DNA of 64,000 nt from the human T2T-CHM13v2.0 reference genome, Homo sapiens. A model generated the notes under the pieces. It searched no databases and had not been told where the DNA came from. It saw only the letters and a list, made by a program, of their open reading frames with translations. The number at the start of each line of letters is the position of its first letter. Within the stretch, counting starts at the first letter, position 1. Below, one piece after another: positions 42,159-60,100 of the stretch. The position numbers and the translations under genes were made by a program. The DNA is taken from NCBI RefSeq assembly GCF_009914755.1, contig NC_060926.1. The stretch is one strand, 5' to 3'.

Positions 42159-45100
42159 AGAATATCAAGTCCTTAATCTAAACTTATTCTCAATAGGATC
42201 ACCCTATTTCTCTCTTGTTCCTTCTCTCTCTCCCACATACATCCTTTCCTTTCCCCCCAATCACAAGATTGAGCTTAAACTATATATTGTTTTGCAGCCT
42301 ACTTTTCTTCATTTTAAATTAGATCATGAACATTATGTCATTATATCCTCTGTAAAACTATGATTCTTAATGACTGTATACTATTCCAATGCTTGAATGT
42401 AATATTAACCAATACATAATAGAATAGAATAAATAGAATATTAGCCAATCCTGTGGTTTTGGACATTTAGATTATTTCTTACCTTTGACCATTACAAATC
42501 CTGGCATACAAATTGTTCCAAATGCTTCCAGTGAATTTCTTATGATAAATTCCGAAAAGCGAAATGAATAGTTCAAGAGCTATGAGCACTATAAAGGATT
42601 TTGATTCCTATTACTAAATATTCTTCCGAAAGACTGCTCCAGCGTATAGCCCAGCCAGCAGCATATGTGGTCTTTTTTCCCATCTTTAGAGTATTTTTAC
42701 ATTATAAAATGGTGTCACTTCCCTAGGGTGGGAAGATGGGGCACTGGCGGATAGAGAATGAACTCCAAAACCTCGGTGAAGGCTGTGAGTTCTCATGCCA
42801 TGTAGCTATCATTTCTTCTTCTCCCCTATGCCATGTGCCCATGCTCTAGCCACCAGAGTACTTGATAATCCTGAGACATACTATACACTTCCATGTTTCT
42901 ATGACTTCAAATGTGATACTTTTATATCTATAATTTCTTATCACCTCTCCTCTGCCCAATCAAACCCTAACTCATCTTTCAAATCCCAATTCAAATATTA
43001 TTGCTAATCTTTCTACTTACCAGGAGCAAATATGTTAGGTAAATATTAGCAATTGCCACTATAACTATAACTTCTTTCTGGAGTACTACTCCTCATAACC
43101 CTACAAGAGAGGCATCATTGTTCCCATTTTATACACAAGGACTGTGACACTGAAAGGTTAAATAACTTGCCCATAATCACTCAGATTTGAACCCAGTCCA
43201 ACCTGGCTCCAAAGCTTGGGTTCCTATCCACTACGGAGATTTCCCTAATCTTACAGCTACCCTCACCTCTCCATACTATACTATACTATTCTCTCACTTA
43301 GGCTATGGTATACTTGATCATTTCCCAACTGGTTCATGAGACCCTTACAGGAAACCAATCATGTACCCTCTCTATTTCCAACTCCTATCAGATATGCGGC
43401 ACCTAGTAGGTGCTCAATAAATTTGTGTGGAATTTAGGCAGTTGGTAAACCAAGTGAATTACTCGAGTGTTGAAGCAGGAGACCATTAATTTCTCTTGGG
43501 CTATAATAATTATTTGACCTAGGTGAATGAACTACAGTTAGAGGGAGTCCTCAGACTAGAATCTGGAACTGGCAGGGAAGGCCCAAGAGGAAAGCACTGG
43601 AGGGAGGGGGCATCAGTCATTTGACCTCTAGAAGGATGATTCTTGTGGACACACAGGGCCTCTGGGAAACACAGGTCTTGCCATGCTCCTAGATTCAGAG
43701 CAATAGGTGATAAATATAATATTATCTTTAAGAGAAGCATTATAAACACTCAAGCTTTCAATCAAACTGTCCTGGTCCCACCACTTCCTTATTGTGGAAT
43801 TTTGGACACATTACTTAACTCCAAGTCTGTTTCCTCAGCCCCCAAAATGTTGATGATAATAGAATCTAACTCATTGGGCATTGTGAGAATGAAAGAAGCA
43901 AAGGCAGATAAAATGTTGAATACTGAGCCTGGTACGTAGTAAGTGTGCCGTAGATGATGGCTATTCTTTAGTAAAATTTGACTGAGTATCTGGCTGGTGG
44001 AGATTTAGGAGAACCAAGTTAGGGGGAGGCTGGGACTTCTAAGCTCGAAACCAAGGACATTTCTGGGAAGGATGAAGGAGAGAACCAAGGCCAGGGAGGT
44101 AAGACCTGACACTGACCAGGAGAAAATCCAGAGCGGGAGAAATAACTCATTTTTATTTGCTCCTTAAATGTTCTGTTTCAAAAACAAGTAAGTCTGTGTG
44201 CTGTAAGCATTGTCTGAAGACACAAAAAGAGACTGGCAAAATAGGATCATCTCTGGTGTTGCCACAGGTTGTTGCACAGAAGAAATTAGCTCCGCTACTG
44301 GTGTGGAAACCTTAGCAATGGGCGGACTGAAAGGAAATGAACCCCTCTTCCTTCCTTCTCATGTGGTGGCTATGGTGGAGGGGGCCTTGAGGAACCCAAG
44401 TCCTGTCCTTGCTGGAGAAGCGGGAAGCCTTGCATCGGGCAGGGTTGAGTGGGTGCTGGCTCTGCCCCTTTCTGCATCTTGGTGCCTCTCAGGGCAGGCT
44501 TCTTTGGTGGGCACCAGATCCATGAAAGTATAGTGTAAGGGTGGTCACTGTCACCGCAGCCCAAGGAAGACGCATGGACCAGAACCAGAACCAGATTCTG
44601 TCTTGAGACTAGAAACACGAAGGTAGGTAGGAAAGGGCAGCATATGAATTGTTCTCGCCATACCCTTCTTTGATTGCATCTCCTGATAAACAAATTCTCA
44701 GAAATTTGAGGCAAGAGGGCTTAGGTCAACCAATGCATGTGGGTGGGGTAAGGAAGCTGGAATAAGCTACCTGCTGTCATTCTCTAGCTAACTCAAAGAC
44801 CTTATGAAAAACCCTTCCTTCTTCCTGAAAGATAATAAATCAGTGAGATGAGGTGGCATGGGGACAGGTACAGATCAGAATGTTCAGAGTTGGTGCAGAA
44901 CGGCTTGCAGACAGAGGAGGGGCATTTGGTAAACAGGTGGGGACATATTTCACTTACTTAGAAAAGCCAAAGTGCCCTATGTAGGGGTGAGTGGACCTTC
45001 TGGAAGAAAAAGCAGGCACAAAGGATTGGCACAAAGGATTGGCAAGCAGGTTCTAGCAGAGGCTGGTGGCCATGCCAACCCCAATCCATGGGGACTATAG

Positions 45101-45240
45101 TATGACAGCCTCATTTTGGAGTCAGTCACCTGAGAAAAGGCTTTCCATCCCCATGGGAGAGACCTCCAGGTACCCTCTAACGAAATGACCTTGGAGATAT
45201 AACTAGAATAACCAATGCAGAGAAGTGCTTAAAGGAGCTG

Positions 45241-45987
45241 ATGGAGCTGCAAGCCAAAGCTCGAGAACTACATGAAGAATGCAGAAGCCTCAGGAGCCGA
45301 AGCGATCAACTGGAAGAAAGGGTATCAGTGATGGAAGATGAAATGAATGAAATGAAGCGAGAAGGGAAGTTTAGAGAAAAAAGAATAAAAAGAAACGAAC
45401 AAAGTCTCCAAGAAATATGGGACTATGTGAAAAGACCAAATCTACGTCGGATTGGTGTACCTGAAAGTGACAGGGAGAATGGAACCAAGTTGGAAAACAC
45501 TCTGCAGGATATTATCCAGGAGAACTTCCCCAATATAGCAAGGCAGGCCAACATTCAGATTCAGAAAATACAGAGAACACCACAAAGATACTTCTCGAGA
45601 AGAGCAACTCCAAGACACATAATTGTCAGATTCACCAAAGTTGAAATGAAGGAAAAAATGTTAAGGGCAGCCAGAGAGAAAGGTCGGGTTACCCACAAAG
45701 GGAAGCCCATCAGACTAACAGCGGATCGATCAGCAGAAACTCTACAAGCCAGAAGAGAGTGGGGGCCAATATTCAACATTCTTAAAGAAAAGAATTTTCA
45801 ACCCAGAATTTCATATCCAGCCAAACTAAGCTTCAAAAGTGAAGGAGAAATAAAATACTTTACAGACAAGCAAATGCTGAGAGATTTTGTCACCACCAGG
45901 CCTGCCTTACAAGAGCTCCTGAAGGAAGCACTAAACATGGAAAGGAACAACCGGTACCAGCCACTGCAAAAACATGCCAAATTGTAA
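45241..45987 (+). pseudogene. L1 ORF1p C-terminal remnant (248 aa, open but N-truncated, no promoter)
   Basis: ORF track translation matches L1 ORF1p coiled-coil/RRM/CTD (EIWDYVKRPNL, YPAKLSF). Confidence 0.9.
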
Positions 45988-46050
45988 AGACCATCAAGGC
46001 TAGGAAGAAACTGCATCAACTAACGAGCAAAATAACTAGCTAACATCATA

Positions 46051-49866
<3,816 letters not shown>

Positions 49867-51159
49867 ACAATGAGAACACATGGACACAGGAAGGGGAACA
49901 TCACACTCCGGGGACTGTTGTGGGGTGGGGGGGAGCGGGGAGGGATAGCATTAGGAGATATACCTAATGCTAAATGACGAGTTAATGGATGCAGTACACC
50001 AACATGGCACATGTATACATAGGTAACAAATCTGCACATTGTGCACATGTACCCTAAAACTTAAAGTAAAATAATAATAAAATAAAATGAAATAAAAAAA
50101 AATGACCTTGGAGAACCAGCTTGGACCAGTGCAGCTTTTTCTATAGACTCCTAGGCTCCTCTATCTGTTCCCCGTGGTGATGGGCAAGAAACTGATTTAA
50201 AGGATGCCTGTGCTCATTGTGGGGGACAGAAAGAAAGAGATGTCCTGAGGAGACTGTCTCCATTGATAGCCAGTTTTGGGGGTGACAAAAGGAACTCCAA
50301 CAAGGTAGATAGGTGAATACCCTGAAGAAAAGAGGAAGTCAGGCTGGGACCCCAGAAAGGGAAGAAGGAAGAAGCCATGGGTCTGAGCCAGCAGAGGAAC
50401 CACTTTGGGGCTCCGTACGGGGTTGCTAACTGCCCACTGACACATTGTCTATGAAATATAATCAAAATAATTTCATTAATATGGATGCCAGCACCATCAC
50501 AAAGTAATTGAATGAGGAAGTTAAAACTTCCAAGTACCACTGTGTGTGAGAAATACACAAAGATGCCTTGTAAAGGTCAGGCTTCAATCAAGCTCAGTTA
50601 GGATTACAAAGAGCCAAGATGAGTGGGCAAAGAAACATTTTGTGCTTCCTCGATAAGACGATGCTACTGCAGAGGTCCGTAGAAGTCTATTAATATCAAT
50701 TTTTATCATTTTTAGAGTCATACTTACATTTTGAGGGGACGATCATTAGACAATGGGCCACGCATGAGGATAAGGACTGTGGGCTCAGTGCAAGCACTGC
50801 CTCTGAACCGAACAATGAAGCTTTATTCACTTCTTGTTTGGCTCATTATGTTAACTTTTTATTATGCAAAACTGCCAATTCAATTGCACAATGAGAAAAA
50901 ATATATTTGGAACAATTCACAAGCGATGTTTACCATACCTGCTAAAAGGAAAAAACTCACCAGAAAGAATTTACTGAAGAGGATTCTCGTGATCTTCCCA
51001 GATCCTCATTGACAGCTAATTTGTCCATCCAGGAATTTTCAGTGACCTCTACTTGAGTGCTTTGGAAAACAGGAGCAGCGAGGGCTCCTTGGCTACACAG
51101 GAAGCAAAGCTTTCATATAAGTGATGTGGCACATCTGAGAAAGGCCCTGGCGGGGAGCA

Positions 51160-51310
51160 CTAAGCAGTTTCAAACTTCCATGCATAAGGTTCACTTGGGG
51201 AGTTTGTTAAACAGTGCAGATTCCCGGGCCTCTCCCTAGAAATTCTGATTTAGTAAATTTGGGTTGGGCCCAGAGAATCCACAGGTTTAAGCTTCCCGGG
51301 GATCCTGTCT
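51160..51310 (+). mobile_element. MER5-like hAT MITE fragment
   Basis: cacttggggagtttgttaaa...cagattcccgggcc...aattctgatttagtaaatttggg similarity. Confidence 0.55.
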
Positions 51311-51549
51311 TGAGGCTCCTTGGGCTTGCCCTGGTTGTGGCTGGCTCACTATTTAGAAAGGGCAACCCTCTCTTCATATGCTGCCAGGGGGTCATCTGGC
51401 CTTCAAACGCTCAGGAGCTAGGGCTCCCTTCTGTGAGCACGGACTCTGGGGCCCAGGCTGTGAGCCTCAGTGTTAAGTCAGGACCTGCGTAACAGAGGGA
51501 ATAGATTCTAGGGAAGGTATTAGCTTTCTCTGCCTGCCCATCCCCGTTA

Positions 51550-51945
51550 GCCACGCAATCCTCAGGCCTGGCTCCACAGCGGAATCACCTGGAAAGAGGT
51601 TTTTTTTTGTTTTGTTTTGTTTTTTATACTTTAAGTTTTAGGGTACATGTGCACAATGTGCAGGTTTGTTACATGTATACATGTGCCATGTTGGTGTGCT
51701 GCACCCATTAACTCATCATTTAGCATTAGGTATATCTCCTAATTCTATCCCTCCCCCCTCCCCCCACCCCACAACAGTCCCCGGTGTGTGATGTTCCCCT
51801 TCCTGTGTCCATGTGTTCTCATTCTGGGACCTACCCCAGATCAAACCAGAATCTTGGTGAAGCCAGGGTGCTCCTGGCAATAATATGTTTCAGAGATGTT
51901 CAGGTGAATCTAACGTGCAGTCAGGATTGAGAACCCCTGGTTTAG
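51550..51945. mobile_element. MER5A-like element interrupted by a short L1
   Basis: gaatcacctgg...[L1]...ctgggacctaccccaga...caggtgaatctaacgtgcagtcaggattgagaacccctg. Confidence 0.6.
51600..51823 (-). mobile_element. Short 3' end of L1PA4-like element (~220 bp)
   Basis: T-rich tail followed by the reverse complement of the L1PA 3' UTR, highly similar to 49869-50070. Confidence 0.93.
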
Positions 51946-52229
51946 TCTATTTCTTACCTCCTGGGTCCCTTCTTTCCTGTCCCTCATGGGTGGGGACACC
52001 TCCAGGAGCTCCGTTCTCAGACCGTACCCTCTGGCCACCTAGAGGCCCCTACTCTGCCACCCCATCGAGGCCTGTTCTGGGAGCGCTCCCTGGTCCCTCC
52101 TCTCCTCTCCTTCAGATACAACCCTCTTCCCTCAGTGCCGTTAATGTGAGGGGAGTGCACTGATGTGGAGGAGTCTTTGAGGGAAGATGTGAATTGCCAT
52201 ACCCTCCTTTCACTGTGTGCAAATAACTA

Positions 52230-52660
52230 ATGGTCTTAGGTCAAGTTCCTTGAGAAACAAACTCTGAGAAGGAGGTTTATGTGCAGCAGGCTTATTGGGG
52301 AGTGCCAGTGGGATCAGCATCTAGGAGGGAAGGAAGACAGAAGAGCTGGATAGAGGGAGGAACTGGGTAGACCTCGCAATACAGGCTGTTGCAACAGAGG
52401 CCTTGGCTGATCCCATGGTTAGCTCTGGATGACCTCTCCAAATGTCCCGCTTTCAGGCTAGGGGGCGGGCCGTTTATATTCCCAACATGGATGGGTAATT
52501 GTATGCCCGCTGCCTCTGGGGAGGAAGCTGACCCTGGACGAGGCGGTTCTCTACAGTTCAGGGAAATGAAGGGTTACGGCAAGGCAGGGACTCAGCTGAG
52601 AGCGTCAGTTGTCAGCACGCAGAACCTGTGGGGCATCGGCTACCTCAGTCCTGCATGCGA
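52230..52660 (-). mobile_element. Old ERVL LTR (LTR16/LTR33-like)
   Basis: gtcttaggtcaagttcc...ttattggggagtgcc...gttgcaacagaggccttggctgatcccatgg...agctctgga similarity. Confidence 0.6.
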
Positions 52661-54344
52661 CTCTTCCTGTCACCCCCCCATCATCCACACCAACCCACCC
52701 TGGTTTTCTTATTTTTTGAGGCAAGCTTGCCAAAATGAACAAACGCCAATTTAGTTACCTAGAGAAAGGGAGGCTTCTCAGGACCTTGAGAGGCAGCATG
52801 TGTGTGATCTAAAAACTTTTGGGGTGAGATTAGAATCTCAGGTTGGGCTGTTACTGAAATTATTATCTTAGGCAAGTCGCTAAAATCTTTAGGCCTCAGT
52901 TAATTTGTCTTTAAAATGGGGCTGATGAATTAGCAGAGTGGCTGAGGAATAAAAGCAGCAATGTGGGCAGTATCTGGGACATGGGAGTGTGTGTGAATGC
53001 AGGCTCCTCCTGGGCTGGGCCCTGCCCACCTGGGGTCTGTCCCCATCAGACCCCACAGAACACTCAGGACAAGACTGAGCCACTTCTCTCCAATTCATGC
53101 TTCTCTCCTGGTAGCCAAGGTGCTGAGAGAACGTTGGAAATGTCCCTGGTGGGATGTTGGTCCTGGACCAGATTCTCAGATTTCCACTTCTCTCACTGTA
53201 GTGCCAAGAAGTACCTTGGCCAATTTTCCTTTAAGAAGTGGCCAGGAAGGGAGTTTTGCAACTTGAGGCAAGTGTTGTAAGGGTAAAGGAGACCCCTCTT
53301 TGGCCTGAAGAAATTCCAAAGTCAATGTGGAGAACAACCCCGAGTGGGACTTCTGCATCATCAGTAGTGATCCCAGTCTCCCAAATAAATTTTATTAGAA
53401 GGCTGATTAACAACCAGCCTTGGCAAAATGCTGTGAGAATATCAAATGCAAAAAAAAAGTGGGACTCAAAATAATATATTCAATATGATCTCAGCTGTGT
53501 TACACAATGTTTTAGAAAAATTCTGGAAGCAAAAATGCCAAGATGTCACAATAATTGCCTCCGTATAGTAAGACTGGCTGATTTTTCTTCATGCCTTCTT
53601 TACACATTTCTATCATTTTAAATCTTCCTACAATGAGCAGGGGTTGGGGAAAGAAAAGGAAAAAGAAAATGGAAAATGCACTCCCAGCCGTGAGAGAGGG
53701 CATGGCAGTGTTTCCCACTGGTCTCTCCCACAGATGACGCCTGCAGAGGTGCGCGAGGCTGGGTGTCCATCTCACTCACCCAGCCTGAAAATGTCTATGT
53801 GAAGAAGCGTAAGCAAAACAGACACTTGTGCTAATCACTGTTCAGAGCTTGGCTGCTGAGTGTTTTCTGGGAGCTGCATTGTCAGTTGAGGGCTGCCCGC
53901 TGCGTGGGGTGGATTCCCCAGCCCTCACAGGATAATTTTATCACAGAGGACAACATTTGTAGTTCTGCATGAGTGGCTCTCCTGGCGAGATAAAGAAGAG
54001 ACAGTGAGCTGAGGCTGAGGCTGAGAAGGCTGGCATATGTGATGTCTTCGGGGATCGGAAGCTGTAAGTAGCACAGAGGGACACACAGAGGCCTGTGGTG
54101 GTGGAGGAGGGGCTTGACGGGTCCTGGTAAGTCCTGTCTGTCTTCAAAACCTGCTCCCCCTCTGATGGCTTCCTGCCCCTTCAGTGCCTGTGAGCCTTGC
54201 CTTGGGACCTGTGGGGCACATGCCATGCCACTGGTTGCCATGTTTTTCAAACGTTTAACCCATTATTGAGAGAATCCTTAGTAGAAAGCCAAGCCTATGG
54301 GGAATGGACATCAAATGGATATGTTTTCATGACAGGGAAAATAA

Positions 54345-54675
<331 letters not shown>

Positions 54676-54798
54676 TGGAAGACAGTCTTAAGATCACATT
54701 GTCCTAGCCCTTTGTTTTGTAGGGAGGAGTTGAGTTCTAGACAAGTTCATATGAAACCTTGATTTGACCCCTTTGAGTCCAGACCAAGATTCTGCTTG

Positions 54799-55227
54799 TG
54801 TTATGGGTTGAATTGCATTCCTTCCCCACCCCAAGAATTATGTTGGAGTCCTAACACCCAGTACCTCAGAATGTGACCTAATTTGGAGAGAGGGTCTTTA
54901 CAGAGCTAATCAAAAATATAAGATGATCCAGAAAGGCCCTAAATCAACATGATTGGTGTCTTAGGAGATTTCTAATTTAGACACAAAGACAGGCATGTAC
55001 ACAGGGAGAACGTCATGTGAGGACCGAAGTTAATGCTGCCACAGGCCTCTTACTGAATGGAGGAGAGAGGCCTGAAACTGATCCTTCCCTGGCACCTTTG
55101 GAGGGAACGTGGCCCTGTCAACATCTTGATCTCAGACTTCCAGCCTCCAGAATTATGGGATAATTACTATTGTTTAAGCCACTCTGTGTATGGTACTTTG
55201 TTATGGCAGCCCTATGAAATTAGTACA
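54799..55227 (+). mobile_element. MLT1B/C-like MaLR solo LTR
   Basis: tgttatgggttgaattg...cccagtacctcagaatgtgacc...ttgatctcagacttccagcctccagaa...ttgttatggcagccc...taca. Confidence 0.85.
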
Positions 55228-55549
55228 GAAAACCTCATCAGAGGAAGGATTTACAACCTTGGCTGTATAGGAGAAAGCACATCTATGAATTCTAATAATC
55301 TGTGCCAACTCTGTACCTCATGATTATTAATAACTGAGAATGAACAACTCACAGTCAAACTAGATCAAACTTGAAGCACATTTGGAAACTCAGCTGATAC
55401 CCAAGGACCTGAGAAACCAAACATTGTGATTCAGTACAAGCTGGGCAGAGCAGATCTCTTGGGAGGCTGCCCTGTTCCCTAGAATGTGGCTGCCTCTGGG
55501 CGAGGAGAGAAGAACTCAGGCCAAGGTAGAGACCTAAAAGTAGGATTGT

Positions 55550-55908
<359 letters not shown>

Positions 55909-56755
55909 TCAGAGGCCTAACAATGATTCCAGTGCCATTGACCAAGAAATCAAACTGAACCAGTTTGATTCAGTAACTGGGTATGTTAGCATGAGACATA
56001 GGAGAAGGGCTTATGGAAGGCAAGTGACAGATCAAATGCAAGAAATACAGTTACTTTCTTTTTTTCAACTGAAGTTTTTCTTAAATCCCTTCAGTCCAAC
56101 ACTTGAATTCTTTTTGTTAGTAAGAAGTGAGGTTTAGGGACACCTTGTCAGAGATGCTATCTGGCTAGAACCAATCTTGGAGACAAGGGGTTCAGACCAT
56201 GTTTGCTTTCACTCCTTTCCTTCTTAAGCTTGCGCATTGCATCTGTAGTTCACAAAACAGTGAGGGGCTCCTGGATTAGAACTACCTTTTTCCCAGATCC
56301 CTTTGTCTCCAGGAAAGGGATCTGAAATTCCAATCTGTTGACACATTGCCAAACACAGTGATTTGGCTGGCAAAATGCCGTACCACAACTGTGGAAAAAA
56401 ATTAGCTCTGATGATTGAAAAGCAACGTGGAGCTTGAGGGTTTATCTCCATGAAGGGGCATGTGTGGATATGATGGTGCAGAGCTCTCAGAGCTGACTTC
56501 TGAGCCCAGCTGAGGAGCCCTGGCATGTAAAATGGGAGATGGAATAGATTAGCCATATTTAAATGTGTTTCTTCTCTCTTTTTACATCAGTGGAATTGTG
56601 TCTTCAAATCTTAATTGGAAGCTCAAATAAATAAATAATAATAAATGTTTAAATGAGTTGCTTTGTTTAAAAAATGGGCAAAGGACTTGAGTAGACATTT
56701 TTTCCAAAAAAGGTATACAAATGGCCTATAAGCACATGAAAATGTGCCTAACATC

Positions 56756-57135
56756 TGTTACATCAAGTTTAGCTTAAAGCTGCCTCCTTACATATTTTAG
56801 GTTTGGCCTAAGGGTTTTTCTATACATCCTGAACTATAACAAGTGGAGGTGTAAACAGACTGTAGCCTGCACTTGTGCCAATCACTGAATTTTGGCCAAA
56901 TGTAGCCAACTGTTCAAACAGTGTTGAAATAAGGCAAATGCTGAGCTGTAACCAATCCAGCTGTTTCTGTATCTCAGTTCTGTTTTCTGTACAGTTGCTT
57001 TCCTTTTTCTGTCCATAAATCCTCTTCCACCACATGGCTGTGCTGGCTCACTCAGAAGGCTGCCTGATTCACGAATCATTCATTGCTCAATTAAACTCCT
57101 TTAAATTTAATTCGGCTGAAGTTTTTCTTTTAATA
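56756..57135 (+). mobile_element. MER57A-like 5' LTR (ERV1)
   Basis: tgttacatcaagtttagcttaaagctgcctccttacata...gaagtttttcttttaata; CCAAT boxes and attaaa signal; inserted into an L1M fragment (~56670-56755). Confidence 0.85.
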
Positions 57136-57137
57136 GA

Positions 57138-57155
57138 TGGTGTCAGAAGTGGGAT
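57138..57155 (+). promoter_or_regulatory. Retroviral primer-binding site complementary to tRNA-Leu(CAA) 3' end
   Basis: TGGTGTCAGAAGTGGGAT 2 nt after the LTR end; matches the reverse complement of ...AUCCCACUUCUGACACCA. Confidence 0.8.
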
Positions 57156-60100
57156 CAGAAATAGAGCTTCTAATGACCCTCCAGGAGTGCTGAGTGACCA
57201 AAGTGAGGTACCTGCAGCACCCGTTAATCTCTCCGGGCAGCTGGGGATCAGGATCATGATAAATTATCTCAGATTTTGGAGCTTCACAAATTTGTGTTAT
57301 GAGCTTTCTGAGTTTGAGCAAATTTCTGATCCAAACTGGGCTTGGAAGTTGCCACAGAAACTGGACTGGGTCCAGGATCGGATTTGACTGGATTGGATCC
57401 AGTTAGAGGCCTCTTACATCTGACCGGGTCAGAAAGAAACTGGTAGTAAATGGTAATATTGTAGGGGGTGTAAAATTTGGCTTTTGAAAATTTGCAGGGA
57501 TTTGTGTGTTCTATCACTTTGTTTCATTTTTTCTTGGTAGAAAAAAAAAAAAAAAGCATTGGCTAAGTTAATCAAGGAGACCTGAGTGCAAAGCCAATAT
57601 CTTAGGTAAAAATGGGATCCTTAATTTCTGAAGAACTGAGTTCCTCCTGGCTTACACATCCATAAGTGTTAGGCCCCAGAAGCAGTCAAGTCTTAGAGAA
57701 ATGGTGAAATCTTACTAAAGATAACTTAGAGTGGAATGTTCCAAATGAACAAAACTGCACTGAAGTGCATTTAAAAATGAGGACTCCCAAATTAGTCTCA
57801 TCCAGGGATGCCTATTGATATGCAGAAGCTTCTAGAAAGATTTTAATATTTTTATTTAAAAACTTTACGAAAGGCAAATAAAAAGCTTAAGTGGCAATTA
57901 GTTTAAAAAAAATTAAATCTGCTAACCTTTCAGCTTAGTTACAATCCCAATTCAAAGGAAATAGACCACAGCACCAATTGACTGGCTTTCGGTAAGTAAT
58001 GGGTCAATTTTACTTGGGTAAAGAATGGGATTGTGTTAGAGGCCCTCCCCTCAGGAAAGTTCCTCTTGGTTAAAAATTGATTTGACACTATGGGATGTTT
58101 ACTGCTATTCTCTTTGGATTAATCTGCATTGTACTCTTTGCTGATAGCTGTGGATGACAGGATTAGGCATGTACAGGACCATGGAACAGCAAGCTGAGCC
58201 ACTAGGGCCCTCAGGGAGGAGAAACCCAGAAGCCTGACATGCCAGCAAAAGGGTAAGAATTTCTTACCAGTCAGACTCTGGCCTTTCTCTCTCTCTGTGC
58301 AAATTGGTTGAATGAACGGTAAAAAATCACTGTTTCTCTCCTCTGTAAAGTTTTGATTAATGCAGAAAAGGATTCTGAGGCTAGTCTTAAGTTGTAGCGA
58401 ATCTGGTGTGCCTTGAGTGTCATTCTGTATGGTTCTGTCACAAAGAGGAGTACCTTAGGATAGAACACGGGCTTAGGACCCCCATAAGCTCACTATTCAA
58501 GATGGCCCAGCAAGCTGGTCAGTAACAAACTTTGCTGCAGATCCCTGAAACAAACAAAGAACTGGATGAGCTTTCATCTTGGTTTATGTCCTTGGGAGCT
58601 TGACCTGGTAACCACGTGGCAGTACTTTCTCTTGGTCTCTGCCATCTAGGGAACAGGAATTTGGGGGTTTATGTCATAGTTAGCTCTAAAAATTATCTTT
58701 AGTTAAAAGCAGTGTAAGCTCAAAATTGACTGCTCTAGACTCCTTCTGGAAAGAGCAATGAAAGCTGCCCAATGCTACTTAGCTCAGCAACTAAGGCTTT
58801 GCCATTTTACAATGGCGGCCCCGGGTTCAGTCCTGGGTTAGGAATGAGTGCTTTCTGGTTGATATCTGCGTGGCTTTTACCATTTGTTGATTCTCTTCCC
58901 CTCCATGAACAATTTCTAGCTTCCCTTAAATTTTCCTTTCTCTGAGCTACTTTTGAAGATTCTAAGTTTTATAAAAACTGCTTAATGCCTCTTTGAAAAT
59001 ACCTCATACACTGTGGTTAAGTCATAAGCATAGTTGAGGCTTGTTGGTTTCACTTGTGAGGTTACTTTTGGTAAAGTTTAAAAGCCAGAAATACTGGCCA
59101 TTTGGCCTGGTTAAAGTAGGGTAATAAGAATTTTAAAAGGACATTTTTTTTAGAGAGCACCAAAGTCAGCTTAATTAAAAGTCAATATCCAAGCTATATG
59201 TATATTTAAAAGGCCTTTATGGTTTTTCTTCTCTTGGATCTTACTTTTCTGAAGAAGAAAGGTTTCTTATTTCTTCTCAGTTGACTTAATTATTTTTCTC
59301 CATTTTTGTCTTCTTGCCATTCTTAATGCACACATAAGACGACCTAAGATAACTTCTAATAGCCTGGGACTCCTTGAGAAAAACAGAAGAGTTGCCATAG
59401 ACCCCATTTTGGTAAAAAACCTGTTTTCTTCATGGAACCCTAGGAATTGAAAGTGGATAGATTCCTCTCAAAATCTAAGGCTCTGTTCTGTTTCGCATTT
59501 GTTATTTGACAGTTTTGAGTTTTAGAGGTATCAGAAGTTACTTTGCATTATGAGAGAGGTTTGGTGTGTAATAATTAGGTAGGAAATATACTTTAGGGAT
59601 GGCTAATGGCATTTATGGGGGAATATTCAGCTCTTTGTACCCTTGGATCAGGGAAGCATGCTCTTGGCCACCTAGAAGGATGGCGATATCCCCACCCCAA
59701 ATTGAGAGATAAGACTCCCTTGGGGTAAGCAGTGGTTGTAAAATGGGCTAATTGGCTTTGGGTTGCCATGAAATGAAATGCACAGTAAAAGCATTGCAAT
59801 GTCTTCTCCCATAGCATTTCCCTTTTTTGGGGGATCCAGGATGTGATATAAAAGTGGGATGCTTAATTTTGGAGATCTGTTTTTTACTTCCAGCTGTGTC
59901 TGCTTATTAGGCCCTAGAAACTGCATGCTTTCCTGGCCCTATTCCTTGAAGGGCTCCACCCTAAAGCCAGTAATCCAATTAAGACAAACTTAAAAACTGC
60001 CAAATGAAAAACCTTACAACTACTGGATCTTCTTCTGTGTATAGTTATATACGTGTTTTTTGTGTGATGTTTATATAAAAGAGCTCTAATTAATTGGCTT

